Positions 9,030-17,998 of a stretch of 27,707 bases of DNA are shown here, in pieces. The notes beneath the pieces are model-generated. The model did no database searches. It was not told where the DNA came from and saw only the letters and a list, made by a program, of their open reading frames with translations. Made by a program: the position numbers and the translations under genes. Origin of the DNA: a virus (lineage: Duplodnaviria; Caudoviricetes); IMG/VR virus record IMGVR_UViG_3300044911_002548, positions 1 to 27,707 of that record. One strand, written 5' to 3'. The stretch's first letter is position 1, and the number at the start of each line of letters is the position of its first letter.

Positions 9030-10775
9030 ATGGCAAATAAATTTCAATTTAAGCGCACGACAATTTCTGGTCGTACAGCTAATACTACTGACGTAGCAAA
9101 TTCCGGCTTTATTGATAACGGTGAATTTGCAGTCAACCTAACTGACCGTAAAGTCTTCTCTTCAGATGCTGCGAATGCCATCTTTGAAGTTGGTTCAAAT
9201 CTCTCTTCTCTCGCTGTCACTACGATCGTAGCCAACGGATCTTCTGGATCCAACGGCCAAGTTCTTTCATCGAATGGAACAGGAGTTTATTGGGGCTCAG
9301 GCGGTACGGCAAATGCTGCTACCATGAATACCTATACGTTTACTGTCACATCGAATACCACGGTGTTTACAGGATTAGACGACACATCAAACACATTCGT
9401 ATATACTTTAGGGCTTGAAAGCGTCTTCATTAATGGTTCGCGTCAGATTGCGGCCGTTGACTATAACACGACAAATACCACGGTCTTAACGCTTACATCG
9501 AATGCGATTGCTGGTGATATTGTTCAAGTTACAACTTTAAATGGTGCTTCACTTACTCTCGGATCTCAAGGCGCTCAAGGTGCTCAAGGTGCAACCGGTG
9601 CACAAGGTGCTCAAGGCACAACGGGTGCTCAAGGCGCTCAAGGTGTTGCTGGCGCTCAAGGTGTTCAAGGCGCAACTGGCGCAACTGGTGCTCAAGGCAC
9701 AACGGGTGATCAAGGTGCTCAAGGTGTTGCTGGCGCTCAAGGTGTTCAAGGCGCAACTGGCGCAACTGGTGCTCAAGGTGTTGCCGGCGCTCAAGGTGTT
9801 CAAGGCGCAACTGGCGCAACTGGTGCTCAAGGTGTTGCTGGACCTCAAGGTGTTACTGGTGCTCAAGGCGCTCAAGGTGCTCAAGGTGCCACCGGTGGAG
9901 GTGTAACCTCAGTCGCCACGGCTAATGGACTTTCTGGTGGAACGATTACAACTAGTGGTACAATTGGAGTAACTGCTGGGCCAACACTTACGGTCAATAC
10001 GACTGGTATTCATGTGAATTCCACATTATCAATCGCCGATCTTACACTCTCGGGTAACCTGACAGTTTCCGGTACAAGAACTTACGTGAACACCACAACA
10101 CTCGACGTTGGTGATAATATTGTTACGCTGAATGCAGATCTTGGAGCTAATCCTCCTACTGAGAATGCTGGCTTCGAGATCATGCGCGGGACGTCTGCCA
10201 ACGTTCAGTTCGTCTGGGATGAAACAAATGATCGCTGGTCTACAAACAGTCAACCACTTGCTGTTTCGTCTCTTGTAGCCGCAGGTGCTGCATCTGGAAT
10301 TACCACCCTTGCTGCCGGTAATACTACGATCACTGGTTTTGCCAACGTAACCTCGACGCTACAAGTAGCTGGTATTACTACTCTTAATGCCAACGTTGCA
10401 ATGGCAAATAATGTGTTAAGTAATCCTAAGCTTGCTTCATACAAAGAAGCAGTTGTTGCCAATACTATAACAACAACTACTCACACTGTAGATTTATCAC
10501 TATCCAACGTATTCGATTTGACATTGGCCAACGCGTCTATTACAATTACATTTTCAAATCCTCCTGCATCGGGCAATGCATACAGTTTCACACTTCATTG
10601 TAAACAAGACGCCACGGGATCGAGAATAATCACGTGGCCGGCTTCTGTTAAATATCCGAATGCTTCGACACCGACGATGTCAACTGGTGCAAATAAAATC
10701 GATGTCTTCAGTTTCTTTACCCTCGACGGAGGTACAACATATCTCGGTGCCTTATCTCTTGCAAATACAGGTTAA
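9030..10775 (+). CDS. Tail fibre with collagen-like segment and C-terminal adaptor-like domain (cassette A fibre)
   Basis: ATG 9030 with GAGG at 9020-9023 is preferred over TTG 9024. N-terminal FQFKRT...[17 protein letters not shown] collagen at about 9561-9893. C-terminal FDLTL...[13 protein letters not shown]...[15 protein letters not shown] is homologous to that of the 25854 fibre. Confidence 0.85.
   Translation: MANKFQFKRTTISGRTANTTDVANSGFIDNGEFAVNLTDRKVFSSDAANAIFEVGSNLSSLAVTTIVANGSSGSNGQVLSSNGTGVYWGSGGTANAATMNTYTFTVTSNTTVFTGLDDTSNTFVYTLGLESVFINGSRQIAAVDYNTTNTTVLTLTSNAIAGDIVQVTTLNGASLTLGSQGAQGAQGATGAQGAQGTTGAQGAQGVAGAQGVQGATGATGAQGTTGDQGAQGVAGAQGVQGATGATGAQGVAGAQGVQGATGATGAQGVAGPQGVTGAQGAQGAQGATGGGVTSVATANGLSGGTITTSGTIGVTAGPTLTVNTTGIHVNSTLSIADLTLSGNLTVSGTRTYVNTTTLDVGDNIVTLNADLGANPPTENAGFEIMRGTSANVQFVWDETNDRWSTNSQPLAVSSLVAAGAASGITTLAAGNTTITGFANVTSTLQVAGITTLNANVAMANNVLSNPKLASYKEAVVANTITTTTHTVDLSLSNVFDLTLANASITITFSNPPASGNAYSFTLHCKQDATGSRIITWPASVKYPNASTPTMSTGANKIDVFSFFTLDGGTTYLGALSLANTG
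9561..9893 (+). repeat. Collagen-like GAQ/GAT/GVQ repeat with near-perfect 54-bp units
   Basis: ggtgttgc(t/c)ggcgctcaaggtgttcaaggcgcaactggcgcaactggtgctcaa occurs at 9642, 9723 and 9777. Confidence 0.9.
10308..10336. repeat. Long-range inverted repeat, left copy (partner at 26506-26534)
   Basis: gccggtaatactacgatcactgg (10314-10336) is the exact reverse complement of 26506-26528; 28/29 identity when extended. Confidence 0.8.
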
Positions 10776-10790
10776 TAAGAAGGTTATACG

Positions 10791-13700
10791 ATGCCATTAA
10801 ATGTATTTAGAGCTTCAGGTAAGGCTGCTCCAGCCACACAAGTATTCAATGCCCCCGCAACATTCGTCGTTCCTGCAGGCGTATATTCTATAGATATATC
10901 TGGTCGTGGCGGCAATGGAAACGCTGGTAATGCAGGCAATCCTGGTACTGCTGGCAATGCTGGTAATCCTGGAAATAATGGGGCCGCAGGAACTGGTGGT
11001 GCTGGTGGTACAGCTGGGACATCTGGCAATCCTGGCGCATCAGGAAATGCTGGCACAAACGGGGCCGGCGGAGCTGGCGGTGCTGGTGGTACAGCTGGAA
11101 CATCTGGAAATCCCGGCGCATCAGGAAATGCTGGCACAAACGGTGCTGGCGGCCCAGGAGGAGCCGGAGGTGCTGCAGGGAATGCTGGGAATCCAGGTGC
11201 CACTGGCAATGCAGGTACGAATGGTGCTGGCGGAGCTGGCGGTGCTGGTGGTACTGCTGGAAATGCTGGAGCGACAGGAAACTCCGGCAATCCCGGTACT
11301 AATGGTGCCGGTGGTGCAGGCGGTGCTGCTGGTAATGCTGGGAATCCAGGTGCCACTGGCAATGCTGGTAACCCAGGAACAAATGGCGCCGGCGGTGCTG
11401 GCGGTGCTGCTGGTAATGCTGGGAATCCAGGTGCCACAGGAAACTCTGGTAATCCTGGTACCAATGGTGCCGGCGGTGCTGGCGGTGCAAGAGGAAATGC
11501 TGGGAATCCAGGTGCCACAGGAAACTCTGGAAATCCAGGAAATAATGGTGCCGGCGGTGCTGGTGGCACTGGCGGTAGCGCAGGTACGGGAGGAGGCGGC
11601 GGACAAGGTTCAGCCCGACCTTGCGGTGGCGGAGCCGGTAGCGGTGGTAGTCCGGGCGGTGGCTGCGGTTGTTTTGGCACCCCATTTGCGCCTTGTTCTG
11701 CCCCCGGCGGCGCCGGAGGCTCTCCTGGCGGAGGAAATGGTGGCTTTGGTGGAAGCGCAAATCTTGGGGGGTGCGTTTGCGGCGGCGGCGGTGGCGGCGG
11801 CGGAGGCGGCGGTAGCGGAGTGACTGGTAATTCAGGGAGTGCAGGTGGTGCGGGTGCCAATGGAAGTGCTGGAAATACTGGAGCCGCAGGATCAGGGGCA
11901 ACTGCTGGAGCAGCAGGAAGTCCCGGTGGAGCTGGGGCCAATGGAAATGCTGGAAATACTGGAGCAGCAGGAACTGGAGCAAACGCTGGAGCAGCAGGAA
12001 GTCCTGGTGGAGCTGGTGCCAATGGTAATGCCGGCACAACAGGGGCGGCTGGAACTGGAGCAAACGCCGGAGCAGCAGGAAGTCCTGGCGGTGCCGGTGC
12101 TAATGGTAATGCCGGCACAACAGGGGCCGCAGGTACAGGGGCAACTGCTGGAGCAGCAGGAAATCCAGGTAATGCAGGCGCAGCAGGAAATACTGGAGCA
12201 AATGGTAATGCAGGAACAGGGGCAACCGCTGGATCTACTGGCAATCCAGGTAATGCCGGCGCAGCAGGAAATCCAGGTGCAAATGGTAATGCCGGCACTG
12301 GAGCTAATCCAGGGGCAGCAGGGAGCCCTGGAAATGCCGGAGCAGCAGGAAATACTGGAGCAAATGGTAATGCTGGCACTGGAGCTAATCCAGGAGCAGC
12401 AGGAAATCCAGGCGGTGCCGGAGCTGCTGGTAATGCTGGGACTGGCGCAGCAAACGGAAATCCGGGATCAAGTGGAAACCCAGGCAACGTTTCAACGTTT
12501 GGTTCCTTAGCTAATTTTCCAGGTGGAACCGGTGGTACTGGTGGGGCTGGAGGAAATGCTACAAACGGAGCAGCTGGCTCGGCCGGAACTTCTGGAAATC
12601 CAGGTGGATCAGGCAATCCCGGAAATAATGGGGCTGCAGGAACTGGCGGTGCTGGTGGTACAGCTGGGACATCTGGTGGTATTGGAGGAACAGGCAATCC
12701 CGGTAACAATGGAGCTGCTGGTACAGGCGGCGCCGGAGGATCGGCCGGTACTTCCGGAGGTATTGGAGGAACAGGCAATCCCGGTAATAATGGAGCTGCA
12801 GGAACTGGTGGTGCTGGTGGTACAGCTGGGACATCTGGTGGTATTGGAGGAACAGGCAATCCTGGCACCAATGGGGCTGGTGGTGCAGGAGGAGCTGGTG
12901 GTAATGCTGGTAATCCAGGAGCCACTGGTAATGCCGGCAATCCAGGAAATAACGGTGCTGGTGGTGCAGGCGGTGCTGCTGGTAATGCTGGTAATCCAGG
13001 AGCCACTGGCAATGCTGGTAATCCAGGAAATAACGGTGCTGGTGGTGCAGGCGGTGCAAGAGGAAATGCTGGGAATCCAGGAGCCACTGGCAATGCTGGT
13101 AACCCAGGAACAAATGGCGCCGGTGGTGCAGGAGGAGCTGGTGGTACGGCGGGTAACTCCGGATCTCCTGGCAACGCTGGTGTAGGCGGAGGCGGCGGAG
13201 GCGGCGGAGGCGGAGGCGGAGCATCGGGTTGGACTTTAAAGCAAGGTGGTAGCGGCGCCGGCAATGCTGGTACCGCGGGTAATTCAGGCAACATAAGTGG
13301 TGCTACTAACGGCAACGGCGGCGCAGGCGGCAATGGAGGACTTCTTTCGGGCGCTGCCGGTGGTTCAGGTAATGCAGGAACACCAGGCAGCGCAGGAAAT
13401 ACAGGAGCCGCAGGAACTGGAGCAAACGCTGGAGCAGCAGGAAGTCCTGGTAATGCAGGCGCCAATGGAAGTGCTGGAAATACTGGGGCCGCAGGAACTG
13501 GAGCAAACGCTGGAGCAGCAGGAAGTCCTGGTAATGCCGGCGCTGCAGGAAGCGCTGGTACAACAGGAGCGGCAGGAACTGGAGCAAATCCAGGAGCAGC
13601 AGGAAGTCCAGGCGGTGCAGGAGCCAACGGAAATGCTGGTACAACAGGAGCGGCAGGAACTGGAGCAAATCCAGGAGCAGCAGGAAGTCCTGGTAATGCC

Positions 13701-14153
13701 GGCGCTGCAGGAAATGCCGGAGCGACTGGCAATGCAGGAACTGGAGCTACAAATGGTGCAGCTGGAAATCCAGGAGGTGCAGGAGCAGCAGGAAATGCTG
13801 GAGCGACTGGCAATGCAGGAACTGGAGCTACAAATGGTGCGGCTGGAAACCCAGGCGGTGCCGGAGCTGCTGGTAATGCTGGCACAACAGGAGCAGCTGG
13901 AACTGGAGCTACAAATGGTGCGGCTGGAAATCCAGGAGGCGCAGGAGCAGCAGGAAATACTGGCACAGCAGGTAGTGCTGGAACTGGAGCGACCGCCGGA
14001 ACAGCCGGCACATCAAATCCTGGAGCATCAGGAAACGCTGGTAATATTGGTACTACGACAAATTCAGTATCAGTAAAAGTATACCCATATCAAATAGTTT
14101 CTATAAATATTGGAACAGGCAGCGCTAATGGTACGATGAGTGTAACATTTTAG
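10791..14153 (+). CDS. Giant Gly/Ala/Asn-rich G-X-X repeat protein, putative fibre-tip adhesin/filament (cassette A)
   Basis: 1120 aa. RBS AAGG. Non-repetitive N-terminus (FNAPATFVVPAGVYSIDISGRGG), middle (GNVSTFGSLANFPGG) and C-terminus (VKVYPYQIVSINIG...MSVTF) resemble phage glycine-rich domains. Four arms of 27-aa repeats. Confidence 0.8.
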   Translation: MPLNVFRASGKAAPATQVFNAPATFVVPAGVYSIDISGRGGNGNAGNAGNPGTAGNAGNPGNNGAAGTGGAGGTAGTSGNPGASGNAGTNGAGGAGGAGGTAGTSGNPGASGNAGTNGAGGPGGAGGAAGNAGNPGATGNAGTNGAGGAGGAGGTAGNAGATGNSGNPGTNGAGGAGGAAGNAGNPGATGNAGNPGTNGAGGAGGAAGNAGNPGATGNSGNPGTNGAGGAGGARGNAGNPGATGNSGNPGNNGAGGAGGTGGSAGTGGGGGQGSARPCGGGAGSGGSPGGGCGCFGTPFAPCSAPGGAGGSPGGGNGGFGGSANLGGCVCGGGGGGGGGGGSGVTGNSGSAGGAGANGSAGNTGAAGSGATAGAAGSPGGAGANGNAGNTGAAGTGANAGAAGSPGGAGANGNAGTTGAAGTGANAGAAGSPGGAGANGNAGTTGAAGTGATAGAAGNPGNAGAAGNTGANGNAGTGATAGSTGNPGNAGAAGNPGANGNAGTGANPGAAGSPGNAGAAGNTGANGNAGTGANPGAAGNPGGAGAAGNAGTGAANGNPGSSGNPGNVSTFGSLANFPGGTGGTGGAGGNATNGAAGSAGTSGNPGGSGNPGNNGAAGTGGAGGTAGTSGGIGGTGNPGNNGAAGTGGAGGSAGTSGGIGGTGNPGNNGAAGTGGAGGTAGTSGGIGGTGNPGTNGAGGAGGAGGNAGNPGATGNAGNPGNNGAGGAGGAAGNAGNPGATGNAGNPGNNGAGGAGGARGNAGNPGATGNAGNPGTNGAGGAGGAGGTAGNSGSPGNAGVGGGGGGGGGGGGASGWTLKQGGSGAGNAGTAGNSGNISGATNGNGGAGGNGGLLSGAAGGSGNAGTPGSAGNTGAAGTGANAGAAGSPGNAGANGSAGNTGAAGTGANAGAAGSPGNAGAAGSAGTTGAAGTGANPGAAGSPGGAGANGNAGTTGAAGTGANPGAAGSPGNAGAAGNAGATGNAGTGATNGAAGNPGGAGAAGNAGATGNAGTGATNGAAGNPGGAGAAGNAGTTGAAGTGATNGAAGNPGGAGAAGNTGTAGSAGTGATAGTAGTSNPGASGNAGNIGTTTNSVSVKVYPYQIVSINIGTGSANGTMSVTF
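10913..14050 (+). repeat. 81-bp (27-aa) G-X-X repeats in four blocks of eight units
   Basis: Blocks 1 and 3 are marked by [TN]NGA (8 each). Blocks 2 and 4 are marked by G[ST]GA[TNA]x (8 each). Poly-Gly tracts at about 11781-11813 and 13185-13220. Confidence 0.85.
14102..14109 (+). promoter_or_regulatory. Possible T4-type late promoter (TATAAATA) for the downstream enzyme genes
   Basis: Exact consensus inside the 3' end of the 1120-aa gene, about 70 nt upstream of ATG 14180. Confidence 0.55.
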
Positions 14154-14179
14154 CACAAATAACAAAAAGGAAACAATAC

Positions 14180-14485
14180 ATGCTAGTAGGAATTAAAGAC
14201 GTTTATCTTTATACTGGTTTGACTACGACAGGTGGCAACGACTCTGCTGCAGCCTATCAGTGGCTACAGGATAATAACATTGAGTTTACTCATTTATCAT
14301 ACAACGATAGTAGTCAATACGAATCTGTATTCAATGCTCTAAATACATGGGATATTGGAGAATTTACTGATTTTCCATTTGTCATCTACGATGAAAAACA
14401 TGACGATTTTACCGCAGTCAAACAAGCATTGATTGGCTTAGATGCCATCACAGAGAGCAACTTAGTCGAACTAGCAGCCCTGTAA
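14180..14485 (+). CDS. Glutaredoxin/thioredoxin-fold-like protein lacking CxxC
   Basis: 101 aa. RBS AAGGA. VYLYT...AYQWLQDNNIEFTHL...FPFVIY follows the glutaredoxin pattern, but the protein has no Cys. Confidence 0.55.
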   Translation: MLVGIKDVYLYTGLTTTGGNDSAAAYQWLQDNNIEFTHLSYNDSSQYESVFNALNTWDIGEFTDFPFVIYDEKHDDFTAVKQALIGLDAITESNLVELAAL

Positions 14486-14537
14486 TTTACATATATATAA
14501 TAGAGTCATTCATTTGGAACATGTTAACATACAAAGA

Positions 14538-14720
14538 ATGGCATTGGTAATGCGTTGCTATGACAAACTTCCACCACATCTCAGAATATGGATCTCAAGC
14601 TTACATTTTAGTTTGCATGATGATCATATTCTGAGAGGTGCGAGCGACGTCGAGCAATGTAAAAAATTTATTGAATCTGGTGGAATACACTATGAAAAAC
14701 CTGGAAATGGACAAAATTGA
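14538..14720 (+). CDS. Small hypothetical protein (YDKLPPHLRIWI motif, DUF6525-like from memory)
   Basis: ATG at 14538 or 14550 is more plausible than TTG 14514. The stop overlaps the next ATG (TGATG). Confidence 0.5.
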   Translation: MALVMRCYDKLPPHLRIWISSLHFSLHDDHILRGASDVEQCKKFIESGGIHYEKPGNGQN

Positions 14721-15433
14721 TGTTTTCGTTTTTTGAAAAGAATGAGCCTAAACTAGAATTTCTTTGCTATGATGATGATTTAGGAAATATACCAGAACCT
14801 TATCCTGCCCGCAAACTGATACCAGAATGGTATAAAGCTTTGCCAATGAAGAAGGATGTAGGCTTTGATCAATCTACTCTCAAAAGATGCCCACCTTTTC
14901 TTGATGCGATGATCACGGGTTGGATTATTCCACTCGTTGCTGATGTTGAAATCACTTCGAATGAAGATTGTTCGTTCATTGAATACAACAGCAAATATCC
15001 GAGAGCAATGATCGAGAATCATTTACAGTGGCAAGTAACATCTGACAAATGCCCCGCTCCACATTTACCAAAACCTCCAATTAAATTCATGAACTGGTGG
15101 GCAATCAACTGCCCGAAAGGATACTCACTGTTGTTTGTTCCACCATTAAATAGACCTGATCCAAGATTTACTTGTTTTTCGGGTATGGTAGACTGCGATG
15201 GTTATTTTGAGTTTATTAACTTTCCATTTGTTTGGAACGAACCCAATTTTAAAGGTATTCTACCTGCTGGTACACCGTTAATGCAGGTTATTCCAATTAA
15301 AAGAGATACTTTGTTTTCGAAAAATGTATGTAGAGCATTCAATGAAACTGAACTGAAAGCACTCAAAGGTACACGTAGAAAGCTTCAAAGTCATGAATCC
15401 CATTATCGAGATAATATTTGGGAGCGTAAATAA
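14720..15433 (+). CDS. DUF6065-like protein (paralogue 1 of 3)
   Basis: ATG 14720. PEWYK..KRCPPFLDAMITGWIIP..KFMNWWAI.CPKGYSLLF.PP.N..SGMVDCD..NFP..AGTPLMQVIPIKR is shared with the ORFs at 22813 and 22076. Confidence 0.7.
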   Translation: MFSFFEKNEPKLEFLCYDDDLGNIPEPYPARKLIPEWYKALPMKKDVGFDQSTLKRCPPFLDAMITGWIIPLVADVEITSNEDCSFIEYNSKYPRAMIENHLQWQVTSDKCPAPHLPKPPIKFMNWWAINCPKGYSLLFVPPLNRPDPRFTCFSGMVDCDGYFEFINFPFVWNEPNFKGILPAGTPLMQVIPIKRDTLFSKNVCRAFNETELKALKGTRRKLQSHESHYRDNIWERK

Positions 15434-16029
15434 TGGCAGTATATCAAATAGCTCCTTCTCCATCGTTAGGTATACCAGAAATTTCTTTTGCATCATGGCG
15501 TGATGGTTTTACTGAAGAAGAGATCGATAAAATAGTTAGTATTGGTGATAGTCTCACGATCAAATCTGCTAGTGTTGGACCTGATAGTAAAGTTGAAGAA
15601 GCAGTTAGATCATCTAAAATAGGTTGGATAAATCTTACGCCCGAGACTAATTTTATATATGATAGAATTGCTTTCATAGCAAGACAACTGAACGGTGAAT
15701 TCTTCAATCTAGATATATGGGGATTTGTAGAGGACTTTCAGTATACTATATACGATGGAAAAGACGATCATTATACGTGGCATCTTGACAGAGGTGGAAA
15801 TGCAACGAATGCGCCTCGCAAATTATCTCTTGTAATACAATTATCTGATCCTTCTGAATACGAGGGGGGAGATCTTGAGATATTTGATGCACCCGTGCCG
15901 ACTCAAGTCACAAAACAAAAAGGTTTAGTAGTTGCATTCCCGTCCTTTATTTTACACAGAGTAACTCCTGTGACAAAAGGCATTCGTAAAACTCTAGTAG
16001 TATGGTTAGCTGGTCCTCAATTTAAGTGA
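15433..16029 (+). CDS. 2OG-Fe(II) oxygenase, prolyl-4-hydroxylase/PKHD-type
   Basis: 198 aa. YTWHLD (HxD), RKLSLVIQLSDPSEYEGGDL, FPSFILHRVTPVTKGIRKTLVVW (distal His and 2OG-binding Arg). Confidence 0.9.
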   Translation: MAVYQIAPSPSLGIPEISFASWRDGFTEEEIDKIVSIGDSLTIKSASVGPDSKVEEAVRSSKIGWINLTPETNFIYDRIAFIARQLNGEFFNLDIWGFVEDFQYTIYDGKDDHYTWHLDRGGNATNAPRKLSLVIQLSDPSEYEGGDLEIFDAPVPTQVTKQKGLVVAFPSFILHRVTPVTKGIRKTLVVWLAGPQFK

Positions 16030-16035
16030 GATAAT

Positions 16036-16494
16036 ATGACAAGAGAATGTGGAAGTTGCACGAAGTGCTGCGGTTGGTTAACTGGAGAAGCTCTTGGCCA
16101 TCAATTTTGGCCAGGAAGGAAATGTCATTTTGTAACTACAAAAGGATGTTCGATACATGAACAACGACCTGAGAATCCGTGCAAATCGTTTAGCTGTGTA
16201 TGGTTAGGAAATGAAAAGTTTCCACTCGGTCTTGATACTATTCCGATGTGGATGAAACCAGACGAATCAAACGTAATTATGGTTTGGAGACAACACGAAA
16301 ATCCTGATCTTAGCTTTTTACAACTGCTTGAAGCAGGCGCTCCGCTAACAGCCGAAATACTTAGTTGGGCTATTCAGTATGGTTTGAACAACGGTTTAAA
16401 TATATTTTATCAAGTCAACAGTGGTTGGAATAAGATTGGAAACCGACTGTTTTTAGATACAGTGATAGAGGCTGATCTTTCCCAATATACATAA
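16036..16494 (+). CDS. CxxCxxCC (YkgJ-type) Cys-cluster metal-binding protein
   Basis: 152 aa. CGSCTKCC...CHF....CSIHEQRP..PCKSFSC matches the family pattern. Confidence 0.8.
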   Translation: MTRECGSCTKCCGWLTGEALGHQFWPGRKCHFVTTKGCSIHEQRPENPCKSFSCVWLGNEKFPLGLDTIPMWMKPDESNVIMVWRQHENPDLSFLQLLEAGAPLTAEILSWAIQYGLNNGLNIFYQVNSGWNKIGNRLFLDTVIEADLSQYT

Positions 16495-16509
16495 CATAAG
16501 GATTTTATT

Positions 16510-17148
16510 ATGACAGACATACTTGATCAGTGGCAGTATTTTAGCTCACCTATCTATAGTATTATGAAGCCAGAACTTCTTGATTTCTCAAGAGCAGCAT
16601 CAAATGCGGCGTTAAGGGCCGCGCGCAAAATAACAAAAATAAACGATGTATATCCAGTCGTGCAAGCAGATGTGTCTAACGAAGAAGATCTTCTTCCACT
16701 GATACAGTACACATTAAACACAGCATGGAATCTTTTGAGCGATCAAGGATACAACATGAATGGACTTTCGACTTATCTTACCGAATGTTGGAGTCAAGAA
16801 CACCATAAGTATTCATCAATGGAGTATCATAATCACAGCGACTGTCAGTTAGTTGCTTTTTATTTTTTAGAGTGCCCGAAAGATCCTCCGCGAATGGTGA
16901 TTCATGATCCGCGACCAATGAAACTTATGTTACCACTATACGAACATAATTCTTCTAACATTACCACAGCAACATCGTCTATTAATTTTACGCCAGTTCC
17001 TGGTCAACTAATGTTTGCAAATTCCTGGCTACCGCATAGCTTTACTCGTAACACATCAACCAAACCTTTCAAATTTATTCACATGAACATTGGTACACGT
17101 CCGTACATTGAACCTATAGTATATGATGCAACAGCAGAAATAATCTAA
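16510..17148 (+). CDS. Putative 2OG-Fe(II) oxygenase (TIGR02466/2OG-FeII_Oxy_5-like)
   Basis: 212 aa. W....MEYHNH (HxH), FYFL, IHDPRP, PVPGQLMFANSWLPHS. Confidence 0.8.
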   Translation: MTDILDQWQYFSSPIYSIMKPELLDFSRAASNAALRAARKITKINDVYPVVQADVSNEEDLLPLIQYTLNTAWNLLSDQGYNMNGLSTYLTECWSQEHHKYSSMEYHNHSDCQLVAFYFLECPKDPPRMVIHDPRPMKLMLPLYEHNSSNITTATSSINFTPVPGQLMFANSWLPHSFTRNTSTKPFKFIHMNIGTRPYIEPIVYDATAEII

Positions 17149-17149
17149 T

Positions 17150-17371
17150 ATGTCTGAGTTTATGATAAGATTCAATCAATCAAGAGGACAACCTAATCGC
17201 GGGACAGAAGATCATGTCTGGCGCGTTTTCGAAGATGGTAAAGAATATCTATGTAAAAATGTTATCATTAATGTTCCAAGCCGTGGGGCAAAGACAGGTC
17301 AAGATTGGAATATCTGTTGCGAAGGTACTATGAGCATATGTAAAGACACCTCTACAATTACTATTAACTAA
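17150..17371 (+). CDS. Small hypothetical protein
   Basis: 73 aa, 1 nt after the previous stop. IRFNQSRG...WRVFEDGKEYLCK...WNICCEG. Confidence 0.65.
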   Translation: MSEFMIRFNQSRGQPNRGTEDHVWRVFEDGKEYLCKNVIINVPSRGAKTGQDWNICCEGTMSICKDTSTITIN

Positions 17372-17389
17372 ATTATTATCGGTGAAATT

Positions 17390-17998
17390 ATGAACTTAGA
17401 ATTTTCAGAAATAAAACTTTATAACCCAGGAGTTCTTAAAACAAGAATTCCAGTTTCTATTTTTGCTGAGTTGACTTGTGACTTGCAAAAGCAAGTTGAT
17501 AATAATCCGGAAAAATACAATACTAATTTAGCTGGGCAATTAGAAACAGAATTTCAGTATGTTATTAACGGGCAGTTTAGAGAATGCATAGAGCAAACGT
17601 TTCTTGAATATAGAAGAAAATTTAATTTTTATGAAAATCATAATTATGTCATTGATAATGATGCTTGGGTAAATTTTCAGAAGAAACACGAATATAATCC
17701 AATACATTTTCACCACAAAGCTATTTCATGGGTGATATGGATTGCAATTCCTTATGATTTAGAAGAGGAATTAAATATGCCAAATGTAAGAGAATCAAAC
17801 TATAAAGTTGCATCAAAGTTTGAATTCATTTATAACTCATTAGACGGTGGAATTAGTACGACTCAATTAGATATTGATAAGACATGGGAAGGTTCTCTTA
17901 TTATGTTTCCAAATTATCTTAAGCATCAGGTATATCCGTTTCAAACTTCAGACGAACATCGTATTTCTATTTCTGGTAATATAGACATTAGAAATTAA
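17390..17998 (+). CDS. Putative 2OG-Fe(II) oxygenase (cyanophage-type)
   Basis: 202 aa. WVNFQKKHEYNPIHFH (HxH), WEGSLIMFPNYLKHQVYPF, RISISGN. Confidence 0.8.
   Translation: MNLEFSEIKLYNPGVLKTRIPVSIFAELTCDLQKQVDNNPEKYNTNLAGQLETEFQYVINGQFRECIEQTFLEYRRKFNFYENHNYVIDNDAWVNFQKKHEYNPIHFHHKAISWVIWIAIPYDLEEELNMPNVRESNYKVASKFEFIYNSLDGGISTTQLDIDKTWEGSLIMFPNYLKHQVYPFQTSDEHRISISGNIDIRN

Noticed and set aside
1610-10775. Very frequent N-x-S/T sequons in the fibre proteins suggesting N-glycosylation
   Set aside because: Plausibly explained by N/T/S-rich beta-fibre composition. No oligosaccharyltransferase or N-glycosyltransferase is recognisable here, and enrichment was not computed.
10784-14011. 1075-aa Pro/Ala-rich ORF on the minus strand, plus alternative-frame ORFs over the Gly-rich gene
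   Set aside because: Antisense or frame shadows of GGN/GCN-rich repeats. The + strand ORF has an RBS, operon context and non-repetitive domain ends.
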